Assembly: GCF_018350175.1 (NCBI RefSeq)
Contig: NC_058368.1
Span: 35,094,001 to 35,158,000 of the forward strand
Direction of reading: 5' to 3'
Length of the DNA stretch: 64,000 nucleotides
Source: Felis catus
Lineage: Eukaryota
In this document: in pieces, positions 51,585 to 64,000 of the stretch
How positions within the stretch are numbered: position 1 is the first letter of the stretch
Layout of the letters: every line of letters begins with the position of its first letter
Made by a program: the position numbers and the translations under genes
The notes under the pieces: model-generated
What the model was told of the DNA's origin: nothing
Databases searched by the model: none
What the model saw: only the letters and a program-made list of their open reading frames with translations

Positions 51585-52540
51585 GTGGTTTAGCTACCTT
51601 GCCAAAAGCTAAGAATAAAATGGTGAACAAGATAGGATTCCTCCATCAAACACAGACTAAAAAAACAAAAACCAAAAAACCTAAACATGTGAAATAATAA
51701 TTAACCACGTAGTATTAAGAGATATGAAGTAAACTAATCAGATGCTTTGCCAGAGAATAAGATAAAGCATATTTCATGAGGGCATCCCAAGCAAACATGC
51801 CCAGGTTGTAACTGTCCACATGTCTGACCCAAAGGCTTTTCAATCCAGATGTTCAGAGAGCTAAACTGGCTGGCAGATGTATAGTCTTTCTTCACGTTCC
51901 CTGACCAACACATGTGCATGTGTTCTCTTAAAACACAAGGCTTTCCTAGATACAGGTGTCAAGCAGGAAAAATTAGATTATATGACTGTTCCTGTATGCC
52001 CCTCTCTGCCTTAGAGATGGGGTTCTATTTATATACATGAACCTGAGGAAAACACATGGCATTTAGATAAGCTCTCCGAGTGCTGCCAGCCTGTCTGAGC
52101 TCTGCTTGGGCTGCAATGCTGTCCACTCTGGAGAAGACCTGGAAGTGCAGAGTGAGGTCACAACTGCAGTTTCCGAGGCAATAAAGATACAACCATCCAA
52201 ACCATTTGACTCACCAGCCTTGGTGAAGTAACTGCAGGCCTTCTTTAATAGGCTCTTTAAAATCAGAAGTGCTTAATTTTTGGCAAGATTTTAAGCCATA
52301 TAGGCAAGCAATGAAGGGAATTATCACCTGGGCAAATCATCCATTAGGAGAAATCCCATATCATTCTTCATTTTTGTGCAATAGAGAACTTCATGGGTTG
52401 TGATCCCCACTCCCCTCCCAGCACACACACTTTAGAGTGGCATATGATATTCCAAGGTGTAACTGAACAATTGCTACTTAACGATTAGGTAATATTGCTC
52501 AGGGTATTATCACAGAAAAATCTTTAATAATTCCATCTGA

Positions 52541-52788
52541 GGGGTGCCTGAGTTGCTCAGTCAGTTAAGCATCCAAGGACTCTTGATTTCAGCTCAGGTC
52601 ATGATCTCACAGTTCATGAGTTCGAGCCCCGTGTCAGATTCTGCACTGACAGTGTGGAGTCTCCTTGGGATTCTCTCTCTCTCCTCCCTCTGTACCCCCA
52701 ACCTGCTCATACTCTCTCTCTCAAAATACATAAATAAAAACTTTTACAAAAAGATGGAGTCATTATGCTTAATGTCTCTTAAAAACAC
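52541..52788 (+). mobile_element. CAN-SINE carrying extra 3' sequence before its TSD
   Basis: SINE body to ~52752; TSD-like AATTCCATCTGA (52529-52540) / AATTCCATTTGA (52789-52800). Confidence 0.9.
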
Positions 52789-52899
52789 AATTCCATTTGA
52801 CAGTAGAAGCATAAGTAGAACCAAAATGATAGAAGCAATGAGGAATATATACAGGTCAAGTGTTTTCTAAGAGCATGTTGCCTCATGCCCATACATTAA

Positions 52900-53350
52900 T
52901 TTGAAAATTTACCTTTACATTATTCAGGCTTTGCATTTAGAAACATGGTATAACTCTCTGTTTACCTGAATATTTTATCTCTTTCAGTAAAATTTTATAA
53001 AGCTCTTCCTACAGGTCTTACCCATTTCCTCGTTAGGGTTATTTCTAAATAATATATGAGTATTGAATATAAGCACTGCTTTTTAGTATAAACAATGCTT
53101 CACATTATATCTTCTAATGGTCACCACTGGTTTGGAAAGCAATTGATTTTTACACATTTATCTTCTATTTCACCATTGCTAACTCAATAAAAAGTTGACA
53201 GTCTCTTGAATGGAAACAACATTCACAAAAGATGTGTCCAGGGTCATTAAAACTAGTTTAGATGTCTATTTTTACTAACTAGTTATTTCAGAGTATTTTA
53301 CATTTTTAAGTAGTTTCTTGTTGAAATTTTTAGTATTACTTTTGGATTAT
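52900..53350 (-). mobile_element. Old L1 (L1ME-type) ORF2 remnant
   Basis: GTCTTACCCATTTCCTCGTTAGGGTTATTTCTAAATA, GCAATTGATTTTTAC. Confidence 0.6.
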
Positions 53351-53708
53351 AGAGCATCTAGACTACTCAATTTCAATACTGAAAAGAATACAGAGGTTTT
53401 ATTTTTGATCTACCATAACAAAAAAATTTGGTCTGTGTTCTCATAGGACTCTAAACATCTTCCTTTGTATCCCTTCTATTTTGTCTTTTGCTGCATGATT
53501 TCTTTTTTTTATTAAAGTTTCAGGGATAGAATAGACACATGATTTTTTTTTAAATACACTTTCACCTCCACATCACTGATTGTCAATACCAAAGTCAAGA
53601 TGCCTCTTTTGATTCTACCCATTTATGGTTTCTTCTTGTCCATTTCCCTACTTCTTACCTACATCACTACAATTTAGTGACCAAATAGTATTTTAAACAT
53701 ATTTATTT

Positions 53709-53900
53709 GAGGGCACATGGTGGCTCAGTTGGTTAAGCATCCAACTCTTGATTTTGGCTCAAGTCATTTTCTCAGTCATGAGATCAAGCTCCATATCAGT
53801 CTCTGCACTGGGTGTGGAGCCTGTTTAAGATTCTCCTGCCCTCTCTTTCTGCCCCTCCCCTGCTCATACTCTCTCTCTCAAAAAAAAAAAAAAAACCATT
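53709..53900 (+). mobile_element. CAN-SINE (older)
   Basis: Head, CT tract and A tail; TSD core ATATTTAT. Confidence 0.94.
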
Positions 53901-55304
53901 CAAAAATATTTATATGAAATTATATTTAAAACAATTATTCAGACTTAATAAAAAGTTTAATTGGCAGTAATATATATTGCAAGTCCTTTTACATTATGAT
54001 TCCCTATTTGGAGCTTTTCATTTTGTTTCCTCCTTTGAAATCTAGAAGGCATTGTTCCATATAATTTTCTGAGTCTTTGCACAGTTGAGAATTTTCTTTG
54101 CACAAGAAAGGGGTATAGAGTATATAACAACCATTTATACACAATAAGTAAAAGACTCTAGTAATAAACTGTTGATAAAAATTTTCAAGTATTTACAAAT
54201 CTGCCTTCAGGACTGTACAGTGTGTAGTGTATTTTAAATGGTTAGGCTTGAGTTAAGTATAAATATCTAAGAATAGACGGAAGCAATGGAAAAGTTTCTT
54301 TCAAACACTGAATGTTGTATAAAATCTATAAAGGTCTTGGAATGTCCTTGACTAGAGATTTTTATGAGGAACAAATGAAACATTTAACCGACTCTGGTCT
54401 TCCCCTCATGTTCTTTTGAGTAAAACACCTGTGGTTTCATCTGCTAAATCTTTGCTCAGGGTGATAGGTGAATACAGACTTTCTTCTTTTTGTGCTTAAA
54501 CATCTTCAGAAACTTAAAGGCCATTTGTCCCCCAAAGTCAGGTCACATACAAGTAAAGAGTCTCCTGCCATGTAGCCCCACCCACTGCCCAGGTACATAA
54601 TGCCATACTTTGATTCCTGTCTGACTTTGTTCTCTTGGTCTTTGGTATATGGTTCCACCTCTATGATTTAGGCCACCCTGGAACTTGTCACTGGCACAGA
54701 CTCTTTATAACTGTGAATCCCACTTCTCTCGACAATTACACTCTGCAAGAGGTTAAAATGAATATGTTAGGGCCTTACACAGGCTGCCTGCCTATATCCT
54801 AAGTCATGTGAATCCCAGATATTACACTTTAGCAGAGCAGTGCCACTTTGGGGAACACTGAAGGCTGTTCTTTCTCACTTTCTTAGCAACAAAGGAATCT
54901 AGGGAAGAGGTATCTTTCCTTTCATTTCACCCCTATGTCTGTTTTGGCTTACTCTGCAGTTGTAACACGAGAAAGAATCTTAGAAAATGTATCTTTGACA
55001 ATTGACTAGCCTCTAATTTAAGCCACTTCCATTGTTCAAAAGTACAATTTATAGAAAGGTGGAGCTTTTGTGGGAGGAAGGAAGTGGGGAAGTTCTTTCT
55101 TTCTCAAGGGATACTTTCTTTTGTATTTTCTTATTATCCTCTCTCCTCTCCATGCTACTACGACTACTTTAGATGGAGTCCAGTAGTGAATGTTCCCACT
55201 TGGGAGGAGCTCTCCTCTATTCATGATTTAGCTCTTGGGAGGTAGAGTCAAGGGTAAACAGCCATTGTATGGGCAGTTTATGTCAGTCCTGCTCTAAGGA
55301 CTGG

Positions 55305-55500
55305 ATTAGAATTGCCAGATTAAATATAGGACATCTAGTTACATTTTAATTTCAGATAAGCAATGAGTAATTTTTCAGTATAAGTTATGTCCCTAATATA
55401 GCAAGATACATACTTATGCTTAAAAAAATTACTCATTTTTTAAATCTAAAATTCAAACTTATTTTTTCTGTATTTTTATTTGCTAAAACTGCCAACTTTA
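55305..55500. mobile_element. MER53 palindromic hAT MITE
   Basis: TTGCCAGAT...AATTTCAGATAAG...AGTATAAGTTATGTCCC...ACATACTTATGCT...TTTGCTAAAACTGCCAAC matches recalled MER53 consensus end to end. Confidence 0.85.
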
Positions 55501-56084
55501 GATGGGACTAAAAGGCAAGAGTAACATATTGCTCATCCTAGATTATAATGGCAGGAAATGCTATAGAGACTTAGAACAAACTTCAAAAACTGGGATAAAA
55601 ATTATGTACTTACATTTATGTGATGTATGATGTTTAAATACAGGTGGTCAGGAGAGATGGAAAGAGGAGAGGTCTTTTATAATAGGCTTTCTGAGGGTTG
55701 GGAGATTACACCCCAGATGAAATCTCAATACAGAAGACATAGGTAATAGCTCCCTGCTTTCTCTAACTTCACTTTAGGACATCAATCTTGTCAATGGGAG
55801 GAGCTAAGGGTAAAAGTCCTTGTTATCACTCAACCCTCACAAGCCTCAGAGTATAACCTATAAGATGTGCTATCATGATTTTGGCAGAATAATGAAACGG
55901 TTTTTAGTTTCAAATAGAATATATTAGAAGAAAATAGAGACAACTTCTCCTTACAAGATATGAACTTGTAGCATGTATCTCCTCTCTTGAATGTCTTCCA
56001 TCTCACCCTCTGTAACTAGACAGTTTCTTATCTCTCAGGCCTCCGCTCACCTGCTGTAGACACTTTTCTACTGATCACCTCCCT

Positions 56085-56212
56085 CTGCCACTTGCCTCTC
56101 TCCCTCACTAGGCTGAGAGTTCTTGGAGAACAAGGACAGTTTCTGATTTACCTCTTTACCCGAAGAACCTAGCAAACAGTGATGCTCAAAAAATATCGGT
56201 TGAATGAATAAA
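56085..56212 (+). mobile_element. L2 3' end
   Basis: CACTAGGCTGAGAGTTCTTGGAGAACAAGGAC...GTTGAATGAATAAA. Confidence 0.75.
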
Positions 56213-56609
56213 GAAGAGAAATCAGAAATAAAACTGCATGAAAACAGTAAACGTTAAGGAAATTGTGGGAAATTCATGAATTCCAGAAATGCACAATTAC
56301 AAATCTTTAAAACAGTATCAAAAAATCTTATTAAACTAAGATAAGATTTAAGAATAATTAGGTCATAAGAAATTTCAAGCTTTCGAGCCCCATGCTAAAA
56401 AAAAGCAGTGTTCAGTATTAAAACAGACTAATGTATATAAGTTTCAATATAAACTTTTCACTTACTGCCATCTTGCTCAATCCTTTTTTGAAACAATACA
56501 TTCAAAACAGGCAGATATTTTTCAGATAAGCTTCCTCTATTTACTAATAAAATAAAGCAATTAAACTCTATCCCACTGCATTATTTAAGTCTCATTTAAA
56601 TTTGAATGA

Positions 56610-57040
56610 TCATATATACAGTAATGGACATTTAAAGTGCTGCTGCAGTTTAGAAAATCAAACATCTCTAAAATATTTGTACCATTTAACCCAAGAATTC
56701 CACTTCTACAAATTAATTCAATTATGAAAACTATTTTATCTAAAAAGAGATATACTGATTCATTATAAATTCCAACACAGTAAACAACTTCGCTAAGCAG
56801 AAAATGGTTAAATATATCATACCACCTTTGTTCAACTGGAAATTATTTAGTTCTTCAAAATATTGTTTAGAAAAACATGTTACACATGGAACTGTTTATA
56901 ATTTTACATAATTAAAACAAAATATAGTCAAAATATAATTTATGCAAAAGAATACCAGGAAAAGCAATTAGAAATGGAACAAAACATTAAAAAATGGTTA
57001 AGATTCTTTATGTGGCATTTTTCTAAGTATTTTAAATATC
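56610..57040 (+). mobile_element. Old L1 (L1ME-type) 3' remnant
   Basis: TACCATTTAACCCAAGAATTCCACTTCTA. Confidence 0.55.
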
Positions 57041-57059
57041 TTAACTTATTTGCGCCTAT

Positions 57060-57215
57060 AAAAAACCGATGAGATATGTACCGTGATTACTCTCATTTTA
57101 CAAATGAGGATGTAAGTCACAAAGATGTTAAGTAACTTGCTTAAGTCACACAGCTCATCAGTAGCAGAGAGAATATTCAAATCTAGGCAATCTAGAGCCA
57201 GAGATAACACTTGTA
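57060..57215 (-). mobile_element. MIR
   Basis: CATTTTACAAATGAGG...GTTAAGTAACTTGCTTAAGTCACACAGC. Confidence 0.85.
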
Positions 57216-58733
57216 GACACAGCTATAATTATGTGTCCAGGTTGGCATTTATCACTTTTTTTCCCATTTTCTCCATGTTGTGTCATATTTCATATGAAAT
57301 AATTACATGTAGAAGCATATTATCCATTACTTAATAACAACATCTAATTTTAAAATAATGAAATTCAATAAATCAGAATTTTGAGACATTAAGATGAACA
57401 GTGCTATTTCATCTGAACTTGAACTTCCTGGAGTTCTGCCTTGTAGAGAAGTCTTTTGGTACCCTGATATCTAAATGCTGAGCAATGAAGTCCAAAATTG
57501 ATGTTGAATCCTTCACTGTGGCAGATAGCATACCAGGGTATCATTTAATTACAATATCAGGAGGATAAGTGAAAAAGATGAGATCACACCGAAGTCATTA
57601 GTTTCGAGGCATAGGTGGAGATCAGCCAAGTGAAAAGGAAGCAGGTGTCTAAGTTAGATGGGAAAAGACACAATTAGTAGTTCCCTCGATTAGCACAGGA
57701 GACTCCTGAGGCTCATGTAACCACTTCCCAGCAGGTGTACAGTCTGATACCTGAGATAGCAAGCTGTGCTGAGGGACCTCAGGATAGCAGCTACATAGCT
57801 GGAAACAGGGTTGCTACTCCAGGGAACTCAGGGATATGTGGCAATTCTCCTACGCCTCTCTCAAGAGTGCTGCTCCATTTCCCTTGGCCACGGTCTCAGC
57901 AAGGTGTGCTGTAAATGCGCCCTGGAAATGCATCCGTTCTACTGCCATTTCCATCCTAGCATGGCACTTCAGCAGCCTTGTTTCAAACCATATCAAGTTC
58001 AAAATCCTCATACTTAAGCACAATCTAGGGACACTTCACTTGAGAATCTGTACGTCTGAATTATTGAAAGCATAAATGTGAACAGAACTCCCTTAGGTAA
58101 TCTACCTTTCTTTTTTTCTATTGTTGTTTAATGTACTTTGGTATCATCCAGTCAAAATTAGTAACAGATGACAAAGTTTCATCCTTCTTTATTAGATCAG
58201 CAAACCACACAATCTCATCCCAGACAAGAAGGACTTTAAAATATCCAATCAGATGAGGTATCAGGACACCTAGCTCTCTAGTCTCATACACGTGTTTCAG
58301 AAATACGCCTAATTCCATCCCTCTATTACTTTGAGTATTATCAAGGAGGGGAGATATATGAACTAAGGTGTTAGAAATAAAATAGTAAAATTCAGTTTAT
58401 ATATGCAACTCCTAGGCTAAGTGCCGTCACGATATCAACCCTCTGGAAGGAAATTTAACCTCTTAGAAATGACTGCCACATTGTGTTCTCTAACCACCAA
58501 GATTCCTTCACTTCATATTTCCTTAACACAAGTAACGAGTATACATTGTCAAACACGTTAACCTTCTTTTCTTTTGCTAATAGCTTGAAACCACGAAATA
58601 TCACTATGTTTTATTTTCCTAAATAATGACATCAAGTGCTATGGAACCAGTATTGAGATGCATCTCACAGACCATTACAACTTCAAACAGTTTATTTCCC
58701 CACCACACCAATTAGATAACTATATTGCAATGC

Positions 58734-58736
<3 letters not shown>

Positions 58737-58776
<40 letters not shown>
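58737..58776. repeat. (TG)n microsatellite
   Basis: Read directly. Confidence 0.95.
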
Positions 58777-58777
<1 letters not shown>

Positions 58778-59621
58778 ATATACATGTCACCAAGGGCAAA
58801 GGCTTTGTGATTCATATGTTCAAACACATTTCAAGGAGTTATGTTTTATATACTTAAATAAATTTTAGGATTGTAAACAGTCTTTTTCAAGTGCCTTATT
58901 ACTATAGAAATTAGCCCTAACCTGACAATATTTGCTCATAATAATGCCTTATACAAACACATAGTCAGGCTGGATGTTGTAAGTGACATCAATACTAAAT
59001 CTTTATGAAGACAGCTGCTGTAACATAATCCCTCTGTCTTCTGGAAAAACTGTATGTCAACACTGGGCACACTTGGTTAAATTTTCAATGTGTGTCAATT
59101 ATGGATATGAACAAACTAGACTCCTCTAGAAAGTTTCAATCTTTATAAGCTTAACGTCTTTATTCTACTTCACAATTGACTGTAGCATTCATGAAAAGGC
59201 ACAGTGCTATTTACGATATTAATCCTATGTCTTTCTTACTGACAATTCCTGATTAATGTTTAACACAGTGTGCTAACATAGCCTGTACCTGGAGAGGAGG
59301 CCATCAGAATGTTTAAATTCTAGCCCCACAGGTGATAGTCATGAGCTCTGAATAAGTTATCTAACTTTCCTGGAGTCACTTTATTAGTCTCTGAGGTATC
59401 CCACAGCTCTCATATCCCTCAGTCCAAATATCTCTTCTAAAGCAAACTCTGGGTTTCTGTTTTTTCATAAAATAAATTTTTCTAATTTCCATTACTATGT
59501 GAGCAAGATAGGACCCATAGCATTGCATATACGTTTTTCACAGAGATTCCCATGTAGATGGCAATATAAATATAAAATGCAAGATATTAAAGTGGACTGT
59601 AACTAGCACCATAGGAAAGAG

Positions 59622-59624
59622 TAT

Positions 59625-59661
<37 letters not shown>

Positions 59662-59677
59662 CACGCACACACACACT
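59622..59677. repeat. (TG)n followed by (CA)n microsatellite
   Basis: Read directly. Confidence 0.92.
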
Positions 59678-60139
59678 CAGGAATTTCAAAGAAAAAACAG
59701 CGATTACCTCCTACAGTCAATAAATATTAATAAAGATCTGCCAAGATGACAGACAATGTGCTCAAGCCTTGGGTTATATAGGTAAAAAGCAAACCTGCTT
59801 CTGATATTTTTAAGGCCCAGAGAAGGGTTATAAATAGAGGCGTGCATATCACATGTCTGAGTATTTAGAAATTAGACTTTCAAACTATTAAATAAAATGT
59901 TTTTTCATCCTACCTTCATAAGCTTAATTTCACAATGAACTGGTATATCAGATTCAAAGTAAGAATTCTCAGACTTCCCAGATTTCCTTGCCTCTGACTT
60001 CCAACCCCTATTAATCCATTTTCTCCCCTTATATTCCAACTCTGTCTTCACTCCATACCTTATAAGCCTTCATATGTGCTCATGAGAACACTCTAGCCTG
60101 TGTATCCAAGATCCTTCAGTGAAAGCCAAAGCTTCCCTG

Positions 60140-60870
60140 GAAGAGCTGAAGAGGATTTTAGTAGACAGCATTAAAAATATTCCAGGCAGAAAAAAAAAAA
60201 TTATTAAAACCTTTGGTAGAAGGAAGCTTCCAGGCTTGATGTAGAATGTTGATTTGTTCAGTTTTGCTAGAGTTTCAACAAGAGAAAAATATTAATGCTA
60301 CACCCATAAAAATAAGCCTAGATCATAATGTCAAAGGCTAAAAAGTTTGAACTGTATTTGGTAGGCAAAGAAGAGAGATTTGAAGGTTATTGAGCAGGGG
60401 TGACATAATCAAAGCTGTACTTTAGGAAGATTAATTTGGCAGCCAAATGCAGAATGAGTAGATTAGAAGTGAGACTGCAGGCAGGCAGAAGAGTTATAGC
60501 AGTAGTTTAGGTAAGCAGTAATAAGACTGTTAACTAGGGCTGGGGTAATGTACAGGAAGAAAGGGCGGTGTGAGACAGTAGGGAGAAGGAATTGACAGCC
60601 CCTGATGAATCATTGGTAATGGGGAAAAGGAGAGAGATAAATCAAAGAGCACTCAGAGGTCTTGAGCTTCTGTGACTAAAAATGAATATCGGAAACCATC
60701 AGCAAGAAGTCGAGAGGAAGAGCTAAACTGTGGGGTGAAAATGATGAGTGGCGCTGGTATATTTTGTGTTAGCAGCATTAGCAACTCTCCACCCGGGTGA
60801 AAAATGTCATGAAGACTTGAAAACGCAGGTCTGGGACTTGGGAGAATCACCTGGAAATCACATAAAGAGG
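60140..60870 (-). mobile_element. L2 remnant
   Basis: GAAGGTTATTGAGCAGGGGTGACATAATCAAAGCTGTACTTTAGGAAGATTAATTTGGCAGC, typical antisense L2. Confidence 0.8.
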
Positions 60871-62379
60871 CAAAACTCATAAGTCTGACTTGTTTTAAAT
60901 ATAACCCATTCTGTATGCAAGTTTCATTATCCAAAGGTTTTACAAAGTTTCTCCAGTTCATAGGTTAGGTCCTTGGTTTCTCAAGTTGCTAAAAATATGT
61001 GTGTCTTCTGAAAACATGATTATTTACAGACTTTGGGCTGGTTAATTCATTTTGGCAGAATCTACCTTATAATCTACAGCACAGTGGTCTGCTTTGTCAG
61101 GATTTATTGATAACAGTCCAAGTTTCTTCCTAGCATAAATCATTTCCCAGTATCACAGTGTTTAGTTCCGGGAATTTTGACTTTGTCCAGATTTAGATTT
61201 TCTGCCTTTGTCTAACAATGATTACAAACAATGAGCCTGTCTCTGGGGTGACACATTCTTCAAATGTACTATGATGTGCCAGAAGCTCTTTTGGGCTCTC
61301 AGGTGACACATTTATCGGTGGATTATAAAAGCCTGCCTTTTGTTCTCACCCATATTAGTCACTATCACACATAAAAATACAAACACATATATACACAGAT
61401 CTCGTGACCTTAAGTGACAATAAAGATGACTTAATAGAGCTATTATTATTATTATTATTTTTTTTGCTGTGTCTGCTCAATAACATGGGCTGATACCTCT
61501 TCAGTTGTACCTGATACATCTCATTATTTCAGTCACTGGTGAAAATCTTAAAATGTCTGCAACTAATACCTGAATGGGAAAGGAAGCCTTACTATGGGGA
61601 GACGGTCTCAGTCTTTGGGTAAACAGAAGCAGGAACCAGCAACTATGGTGGATGTCTTCTCTGAGCAAGGCAAAGGCTATAAGAGGTCATATTAGGGTAC
61701 CGCAGTTGAATCTCTCTGCTTGCCTCTACTCTAGACAAAATGTAGGTATCAGAGCCCTTTGTCTCTATCAATGCCTCAACTTTTATAGCTCATAACTAAT
61801 CCTCTATCTAAACACACTTCGATAGATCTCTTCTGTAACATGTATCTTCAACCCAGGTAACACGGAGGAATGTACAGTTAATATAGAGAGTATTCCCCGA
61901 AGTATTGCAGAGTAAATGCAAACTTACAGATGTTTATAAAGGAAAAATGTGAATTTAAAATTAAGTGATGGCTTTCAGATAGCAAGAGTATCAAGTCTTT
62001 AAAGGGGGTCACATGACACTAACAAACAAATTCACAAAACAAAATATGCAAGAGATACAAATGTGGGCTTTTACGTTGGCTGATCACCTCCAAGCTTCCC
62101 ACAGCCAGTCCTGATGTGAAAAGAAACCATACCAGACATACATGCTACTCACTGTTGCTGGAAGACGGGCTGTGGGGTTTGTTCCAGTCTGACTGCTTAA
62201 TCAGAACACTGACCTACTTCTTTCATATCTTTTTGTTTTTAACAGACTACCAGCCAATCTTTGTTCTCCTTACCTGGTCTTCACCTATTAAAGTTGTAGA
62301 CAGATTCTATTTCCTTCTCTAATTTTCCTAACTCTTCAGGATCCCGTTGTCTTAAATACACATACATATAAGAATGATA

Positions 62380-62593
62380 TTTTTGATGTTTATTAATTAA
62401 TTATTTTGAGAGAGAGAAGAGCGAGCACAAGTGGGGAAGGGGCAGAGAGAGAGGGAGAGAGAGAATCCCAAGCAGGTTCTGCACTGTGAGCACAGAGCCC
62501 AGCACAGGACTCAAACTCATGACCCATGAGATTATGACCTGAGCTGATATCAACAGTCAGATACTTTAATCAACAGAGCCACCCAGGGGCCCC
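62380..62593 (-). mobile_element. CAN-SINE (older)
   Basis: GAGAATCCCAAGCAGG...ATGACCTGAGCTGA...GAGCCACCCAGGGGCCCC. Confidence 0.95.
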
Positions 62594-64000
62594 TGAGTTT
62601 TTTTTAATAGGCAAGCAGTTGTCAAAGGGACAAATATAGGAGTTCCGAAAGCACATGTAATTTCTTTTGAAAAGTAAAGAGGACTTAAAGTTCAATTTCT
62701 CAGAAGCAAGGAAGAAAAAAAAAACAGAGAAGATACCTTAGATAACATATAAGAATCCATTTGATTTAAGTCTGAATTATAGAATTAAACTGATAAATGA
62801 CACCATTGATTCTAGAGAGTAGTGGATACGAATATGTTAACATAATTAGGAATCCTTTTAATATTTATCATCTCCACTGGCCACATGATACTTATTTTCA
62901 GAACTTTTTTCTATATTAAATTACAGTAAGTAATACTTTTTGTCTCATATTTTTCTAAACACAAAGAAAATAATTATAACTTTGGGTCAATGGGTACTGA
63001 ACTGAAATTTATGAAATTAAAATTTCCATCAGACTGTTAAACATTTTTGAAAGTGCTGCAAGAACTCCTATCCTTGAAGAATTTAGTAGTCTGATGTTTG
63101 CAGATTTTTGAAACTATTGTTTAAATTATTAGGCAGGCAAAATGGCCTAATATGCTAGGTTGAGACAACCCATTAGAACCATGGTTAAGTCACAGGGGCC
63201 AAGAATTGTGACTAGAACTTCTTTGCAAAAGAAGAAAAAGTGTTCCCAGGCAATAGACAGGATTTGGTAAATGAAAGAAACTCAGCTGGTGGGAGAAACT
63301 CTAGCCACATGTCAGGCTCACAAGGATGGAGAAGACAAGTCAGATATGTCATCAAGTCACTGAATAATTAACACATAAGTCAAAAGTGAGTGAAGACAAT
63401 AGTGGAGCTGGTTAAGTAGACTGACAGAGGGATCTCTCTGCAGGAGCGTGAACAGAGGTCAGGTTACAACAAATTCAAGTGTGGGATAATTACACCTAAA
63501 CTAAGCATCTAGTGGGACAACTCAGGCCTTCCAGGAAATACTGTGTTTGGGGGAAACAAGTTGTCATCTTTTTGAAAGCATGAGACTTTAGGGAGATTCT
63601 CATAAAGACCTTAAACTCTTGAGAAGAGTAATACACAGGGATATCCTCAAGCATTATAAATTAAAAATAAAATGAAATAAATCACAGGTTTAGCTCCATT
63701 GAACCTAGATAGATATACAAGAGGGTTCAGGCATAGCACAGCAAGGTTTCCTATTAATTTAAATGGAGTAAAATGAGAAACAAAATTCACATCAAAAGAC
63801 TCATGAAATAAAAATGTAGGTTCTGAGCAAAGTCAACACAAGTTTACAGTCAAGGCTCAAAGCCTCATGCACCTAAGTCTCAATAGGGGTGCCACCTTAA
63901 TGCTATCTGCTCAGTGTCCTATTGTGTTTGAGTTTTGCAACTTTGATCCTTAACTGTGAATTTCTTCCTCCTGATTGCACTAAGGCAGAATGTAGTCTTT

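Noticed and set aside
51779..51830. p53 response element
   Set aside because: One perfect half-site (AAACATGCCC), but the neighbouring half-sites lack the core CWWG or the right spacing.
7666..53917. Recurrent similar ORFs (e.g. PGWRSRLSVRLQPGHDLAVREFEPRVRLW, AQSVKRPTSAQVTIS) suggesting a gene family
   Set aside because: These are translations of CAN-SINE copies on either strand.
58118..58318. 66-aa protein-like ORF (MELGVFLKHVY...)
   Set aside because: No recognisable homology and no convincing minus-strand splice sites; ORFs this long arise by chance.
1..64000. CRISPR array, operon or other prokaryotic/viral system; CpG-island promoter
   Set aside because: No repeat-spacer structure, no long ORFs, and CpG-rich stretches are confined to young SINEs.

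Overview
AT-rich mammalian, almost certainly felid (cat-like), genomic DNA of intergenic or deep-intronic character. I found no recognisable intact protein-coding exon, CpG island, rRNA, functional tRNA or CRISPR array. The best-supported non-repeat feature is a full-length but heavily decayed EEF1A1 processed pseudogene on the minus strand (~4325-5874), which the ORF track shows only as a 73-aa fragment. The rest is a repeat landscape: about 21 carnivore CAN-SINEs (several young, with perfect TSDs), a short tRNA-Lys-derived SINE, L1 3' fragments (one 5'-inverted), L2/MIR relics, MaLR/ERVL solo LTRs, hAT MITEs (MER5-, MER53-, MER94-like) and microsatellites. Some splice-site-bounded segments and motif clusters are flagged as speculative. 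I see no convincing novel biological system. All repeat family names come from recalled consensus sequences and need RepeatMasker/Dfam confirmation; boundaries of old elements are approximate.
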